DNA from: Octopus bimaculoides
Lineage: Eukaryota
Assembly (NCBI RefSeq): GCF_001194135.2
Contig: NC_068991.1
Span: 34,615,508-34,654,219 of the forward strand
Direction of reading: 5' to 3'
Length of the DNA: 38,712 nt
The position numbers and the translations under genes were made by a program. The notes beneath the pieces are model-generated. The model did not search any database and was not told the origin of the DNA. It worked only from the letters and a program-made list of their open reading frames with translations. Of this stretch, positions 32,900-38,712 are shown piece by piece (positions within the stretch are counted from its first letter, which is position 1; every line of letters starts with the position of its first letter).

Positions 32900-35340
32900 G
32901 CAAAAAATTACTCCAACATTTCAGTTTTGGTTTGGTTGTTACAGCTGGATCTTCTTTCTAACACCAACCACTTTATAAACTGTACTAGGTGCATTTTTTC
33001 ATGGTAGAAACAACAGTGAGATCACCTTGCAGCTCACAAGACTAAAAGACCCCACCACAACTCTGGGAGGCAGAATGGAAAAGAAGGTAATGATATCATC
33101 TGAGAGTAGTCAAATTGTGAAGTGAAGAAAAGATTGTTGTAAGATGGTGATAGAAGAGAGTTAACAGAAAGAACACTACTAGAAGGAATAAAGAAAAGGA
33201 AAGTATACTGCCAGAGATTAAGGATGAATGGGGTGAGACAGGTAGAAGATTTGGTGATATTATTCTTTATGTGTGAAAATGATGGGTAGAGGAAATAATG
33301 TGTGATAAAAGGAGAGAGGAGCAAGAGGGAGATGGAGAAGCTGTGAAGAGGAGGTATCAGTAAAAGAGGGAGAGATGAGAGGGTTTTGAGGTGGGATGCC
33401 ATTACAAAGGGCATCACTGAAAGAAAGAGATGTGTTTTGTAAAGGGACAAGAGGAATGCAACCATCACTATTCCTATTTCTTTGCTAAGCCAACATATGT
33501 ATGCACATTTTTAACATAGCATGCAACCATTTGTTGCAGTTCCCTGTCATATCTTGTGAGACTCAGCATCTTAAGATCTGTTTTTGCCACTTCATCCTAG
33601 ATCATTCTGGATCTTCCTCTTCCACAGGTTCCATGCACTTTGGGCACTTAACACATTTACTTCATGCAGCTACCATCATTCATATGCATGACATGCCTGT
33701 ATCAACAGACTTCTCTTTTGCAATGCAATATCTAATCACCCTTATAGCCAACTTTTCTCTCTGCTTGTTTGTATTCCATCAACAAATTCCAAGTATTGGG
33801 GCTTACTCTTGACTAAATACTTTTGCAATTGTCCCATCAGAAAGATCACATCAATAGTACTTCTTCCTGACACAAAATTGCACCTTATCTAGGTTAACTC
33901 TCTTCTTATCAACTGAGCTATAACAGTTTCCTTAACTTTTTATAATCTGGTCCAACATTTTAATACATTTGTTCTTCCTCCTACCTCTCTTTTGCACTTG
34001 TAATGATGCTGCTATGTTAATCCTTAGGTATGACATCTGATTTACTAGGTGGGTAACCAAGCCTGTACTCAACTCTGCCAGAGATTTTAAGCATCTCATC
34101 AATAATTCCGGTTATACTAGGTGCTTTCTCAGCCATTACATCCTTAAGCACAGTATTTACCATATTGTTTTCACCTTGAATGTGTGGTTCCTCAGTTGGG
34201 TCCATTTCAACATTCTCCTTCTTCAACTACCTCTCACGGAAGCATTTTTATTCCTCTTTCTCTTCTAATCTCCACACCTTAAGACATTGGAAAATTTCAT
34301 TCTTTTGGCTTCTCCATCTACCTGACATTTAGCTTCTCTTCTAGCTGTTTGAGGCTACAATTGTCTGTTATTGCAACTCTGTCTCTTCTTGCTGAGAATT
34401 TGTAACAGTCACAGTGGCTCTCAATAGGTTTCCCATAGTTAGTAACTCCCCATTGTCTTCTATCACACAATTTTCTGTTTTCTCCTGCATCTTGTAATAT
34501 GTGTCAGTTAAAACATCTCTGAACAGACAGCTGGCTGAAGGTTTTCTTCACTTTCCATGTACTCCAAATAGTCTTTCATCACCGACTTTGCATAGCACTT
34601 AATCTACTCATCAACAAATACTCTGTGTTGGGAGTACATTCTCCAGTAGGGAAAGACTTAGTATTTACATCAACTTGCCTATACTGTTTTTCCATGAGAA
34701 AGTTTATCTGGCTTCCGTATTTTCCTGAATGATAGGTAAGCAAGTGGCTGCTTAGAAGTATGTGTTGTAAATGATAAAGTAACTTGCCTCACAAAATTCC
34801 AGGAAGCTAAACTGCCACTTGCTTCATGTACTACAGCCACAGCCTCCATGTACACCACAGAAGTCCTTGTAATGTTGTCTAATATGATCATTAAAATCAC
34901 AAGCCATGATGAGGTCCCGATCATTTGCTTTGGAGGAAATCAGCAAAAGGGGCTCATAAAAGTGCTAACTTGTCAGGCCCAGCATTGGTACATAAGTAGA
35001 TATAGATGTCACAGATATATCTAAAAGTAGCCAAAGTTTGACATTAAAAAAAAAATCACTTGGGCTACCTAAATTAACTAGGCTATCATTTTCTCTCTTA
35101 ATAATATTCCAATTCCAGCTCCCTTATGCCTGTATAAATCCAGAAGGCTGGTAACTTTGTTCGTTGCCCATGAGGAATTTGGCTGAGGCTCTTTCCATCT
35201 TACTTTTCACACACACCACACAGCTACTCACCTCCATTACAGCATTTCCACAAGCTCCTCAGACCTACCTTTCATAGTGCTGATGTTGATAATGGCTGTG
35301 CTAAAGTTGTAGATCTGACAGGAGGAGGAAGGGGAATTTA
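32900..35340 (-). mobile_element. RTE LINE copy E, old, retains the APE endonuclease, RT core deleted
   Basis: INISTMKGRSEELVEML (APE start); DRDLIMACDFNDH..GVHGGCG..FLEFC; KDVMAEKAPSITGIIDEMLKISG; IKMLDQIIK..VSGRSTIDVIF; jumps to GTCGRGRSR. Pyrimidine-rich 3' region and RTE 3' motif near 32930-32990. Confidence 0.8.
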
Positions 35341-35799
35341 TGGAGGTGGATCCTCTGGTTGGCAACTGCTTTCTGCACCTGAAAGGAAAAGAAAGTGCGT
35401 TCGCTTGATAGCGATCAAAGGGTTCACACACAGGGTTGAATTCTATCTTCAGTGGATTTTCCCATTGTAATGAATCAAAATGAATGGTGCATATACATGC
35501 ACCCACATGTATTGCATACACTGCATAAACATATACATACATGTATACTCCTTAATTACTAAGACAACAGATATATATATATATATATATGTGTATACAC
35601 AGACATGTGCATATATACATATATTGCCATAAATTCAGAGAAGGTCAATAAAAGTGTGTGTGCAGGTGCAAGTGTGGCCAAGTGAGTCAGGAAATTTGAA
35701 TTGTTGAATACCTAGTTTCAGAATTCAGATTCATTATGCAGCACTTACAGTCAGTGTCCTCTCGCATAAACCCAGTAAATACACATCTCCATACATGAA

Positions 35800-35888
35800 T
35801 GCATATACATACATGCACACACACACACACACACACACACGTATATACATATATGTTTATATGCATAGTATACACAGATATATATGAA

Positions 35889-35944
<56 letters not shown>

Positions 35945-36452
35945 TATACATATACACACATATATTTACAAATATATATATATATATATATATATATNNN
36001 NNNNNNNNNNNNNNNNNNNNNNNNNNNNNNNNNNNNNNNNNNNNNNNNNNNNNNNNNNNNNNNNNNNNNNNNNNNNNNNNNNNNNNNNNNNNNNNNNNNN
36101 NNNNNNNNNNNNNNNNNNNNNNNNNNNNNNNNNNNNNNNNNNNNNNNNNNNNNNNNNNNNNNNNNNNNNNNNNNNNNNNNNNGCATACATATATCTATAT
36201 ATATGTACATATATAATCCACCAAAGAAATGTATACACACTTCAAGAAAGGAAAAATCTGTATAAATATTTTAATTCAGTGTTATTACAATTCATTCAGT
36301 GTTATCTCAATTTGATAAAACATTGAAAGAAGTATTTAAATTTATAGAGCTACTTAAACAAGTTAAATATTCCTACAGATTTTTTTCTTTCCTAGAGCAT
36401 ATACATGTTTTTTTGGCTGACTCTGTGCATATATGTATATGTATATATATGA

Positions 36453-36487
<35 letters not shown>

Positions 36488-36502
36488 TTTTTACATATGC
36501 AT

Positions 36503-36533
<31 letters not shown>

Positions 36534-36850
36534 CCTACATACACACAAATACACATATATACCTATATACACACATATACATATACACACACATATACAT
36601 ATATATGCCTATATACAGACATATAAATATATATACTTATATGCATACATATATATACCTATATATACACATACACATATATATATAAATATATATACCT
36701 ATATATGCACATATAAATGTACCTATATATACACATATACATATATGCCTATATATATATACACATATACATATATTCCTATATATATATACACATATAC
36801 ATATATTTCTATATATATATACACATATACATATATTTCTATATATATAC
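35800..36850. repeat. Microsatellite field with gap; ~30-bp minisatellite at 36720-36850
   Basis: Unit (C/T)CTATATATATATACACATATACATATAT(T/G) repeated 4-5 times. Confidence 0.92.
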
Positions 36851-37757
36851 NNNNNNNNNNNNNNNNNNNNNNNNNNNNNNNNNNNNNNNNNNNNNNNNNN
36901 NNNNNNNNNNNNNNNNNNNNNNNNNNNNNNNNNNNNNNNNNNNNNNNNNNNNNNNNNNNNNNNNNNNNNNNNNNNNNNNNNNNNNNNNNNNNNNNNNNNN
37001 NNNNNNNNNNNNNNNNNNNNNNNNNNNNNNNNNNNNNNNNNNNNNNNNNNNNNNNNNNNNNNNNNNNNNNNNNNNNNNNNNNNNNNNNNNNNNNNNNNNN
37101 NNNNNNNNNNNNNNNNNNNNNNNNNNNNNNNNNNNNNNNNNNNNNNNNNNNNNNNNNNNNNNNNNNNNNNNNNNNNNNNNNNNNNNNNNNNNNNNNNNNN
37201 NNNNNNNNNNNNNNNNNNNNNNNNNNNNNNNNNNNNNNNNNNNNNNNNNNNNNNNNNNNNNNNNNNNNNNNNNNNNNNNNNNNNNNNNNNNNNNNNNNNN
37301 NNNNNNNNNNNNNNNNNNNNNNNNNNNNNNNNNNNNNNNNNNNNNNNNNNNNNNNNNNNNNNNNNNNNNNNNNNNNNNNNNNNNNNNNNNNNNNNNNNNN
37401 NNNNNNNNNNNNNNNNNNNNNNNNNNNNNNNNNNNNNNNNNNNNNNNNNNNNNNNNNNNNNNNNNNCCAAAACTACAAATTATTACTCTAAATTGATAGC
37501 GATATTTTTTACTCTTCTCTACTGTTTTTTGTTCTGTGTGTATCAATTTAGAGTAATAATTTGTAGTTTTGGAATCAGTAGTTCTTTGGCTGCTATTTCT
37601 GAATTCTCAGTATGTTGGAGAAGCAGGTTACTGTCAATCCCTATATATTTATGATTATAAATGATTTTACCGAAAAGGTTTTTTCATACTGAGCTACCCG
37701 GCAAAATTGTTAATTATTAATTTTATTACTAATTGACGATTCCCTGCCCTGCATATC

Positions 37758-37789
<32 letters not shown>

Positions 37790-37799
37790 AATTTAATGG

Positions 37800-38020
37800 G
37801 TTACCATTATTATCTCCCTTCTACTCAGCCCCTTTCTTCTGGCCATTTCATTATGCTGAACTGTTAATCCCTACACATTTATTTTCCTCTTAATCCTTTC
37901 TGCTGAAGAGTATAGGCTCAAAATATCCATAACTTTTCCATTCTTCTTGAGCATTAAGCTAATACACGTGCTTGTTGTTCATTCACCTGTCTTCATCTTT
38001 AGTTTCCTGTAAATTTGAAG
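37800..38020 (+). mobile_element. Probable Penelope terminal-repeat (pLTR) remnant with decayed hammerhead core
   Basis: CTGAAGAG-TATAGG-CTC-AAAATAT at 37903-37926, flanked by (TA)n. Family assignment is inferred. Confidence 0.5.
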
Positions 38021-38183
38021 TATATATATATATATATATATATATATAAGAGGTTTTGGTATCCAGAAAACCCAAACGGCAGGTAAGGTTATGTAACTGC
38101 TATAGAAGGACCACTGTCAGACTCCAGGTTCAATAATGGTATGAGCAAGGAGTCTAAAGTGGGTTGTGTGTGAGTGTGTATAC

Positions 38184-38336
38184 GTTAAATAAAATGAGAC
38201 AACAAATTCAAGGCAGTGTGAAATTTTTAGGACATTTATAAAGAGAAAGGTAGTCTTATATTTGTAAGACTACCTTTTTCTTTGTAAATGTACAAATTTC
38301 AAACTGCCTTGGCATTGTTGTCTCATTTTATTTAAC
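38184..38336. repeat. Imperfect ~75-bp-arm palindrome with a 3-nt loop
   Basis: GTTAAATAAAATGAGACAAC...AAAGGTAGTCTTA / TAAGACTACCTTT...GTTGTCTCATTTTATTTAAC. Confidence 0.92.
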
Positions 38337-38354
38337 ACACACATACATATGTGA

Positions 38355-38648
38355 AGTGCATGGCTTAGTGGTTAAGGTGTTGCACTCACGTTTTCAAGAT
38401 TTTGGGTTCAAATCCCAGACCAGACATTGTGTTGTGTTTTTGAGCAAAGCACTTCATATCACATTGCTCTGCAATCATTTCGACATCTGATATGTGGCAC
38501 CCATTGCACCTGTACAGGTAATATCGATCTGATGGAGGGAGTGAGCTTATATCTACACAAACATTTGATCATTATAAACAAATCATGTGTGGTTGTTCAG
38601 TAAGAAATTGTTGAACCCTCATATGCTGTCTAACAATAGGAGAGTCCA
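38355..38648 (+). mobile_element. Second-family tRNA-derived SINE
   Basis: A box TGGCTTAGTGG (38361), B box GGTTCAAATCC (38405). Body unrelated to the 5133-type SINE. Confidence 0.75.
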
Positions 38649-38712
38649 TCATATATACACATATATATATATATATATATACCTCTATGTACATATTATG
38701 CATATATATATA

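Noticed and set aside
38355-38420. tRNA gene (also 5133-5200)
   Set aside because: A and B boxes are present but no cloverleaf can be folded, and the sequence continues into SINE bodies.

Overview
AT-rich animal genomic DNA from a gapped draft assembly, with about ten N-gaps, nearly all flanked by (TA)n/(CA)n microsatellites. The repeat content (tRNA-headed SINEs with AATAAAAG tails, RTE LINEs ending in (GAT)n, Penelope elements, TTAGGG repeats) resembles an octopus/cephalopod genome; that assignment is an inference. No intact protein-coding gene is visible, and nearly all ORF-track entries are microsatellite, gap or antisense artefacts. The window is a pile of decayed, nested transposons. 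It holds five copies of an RTE LINE family plus a second RTE-type 3' end carrying C2H2 fingers, and two R4/Dong-like RLE non-LTR elements. It also holds a ~7.7 kb Ty3/Gypsy element (two LTRs, PBS, PPT, three nested insertions), a DD41D Tc1/mariner, a deleted piggyBac, a bidirectional Penelope, several SINEs and MITEs. The best leads are a C4HC3 PHD finger inserted inside the RTE reverse transcriptase, a 928-bp long-TIR element with a perfect 8-bp TSD and internal TTAGGG repeats, a candidate 22-nt minus-strand microexon, and a decayed Penelope-type hammerhead ribozyme. All calls come from manual translation and inspection; no database searches were run.
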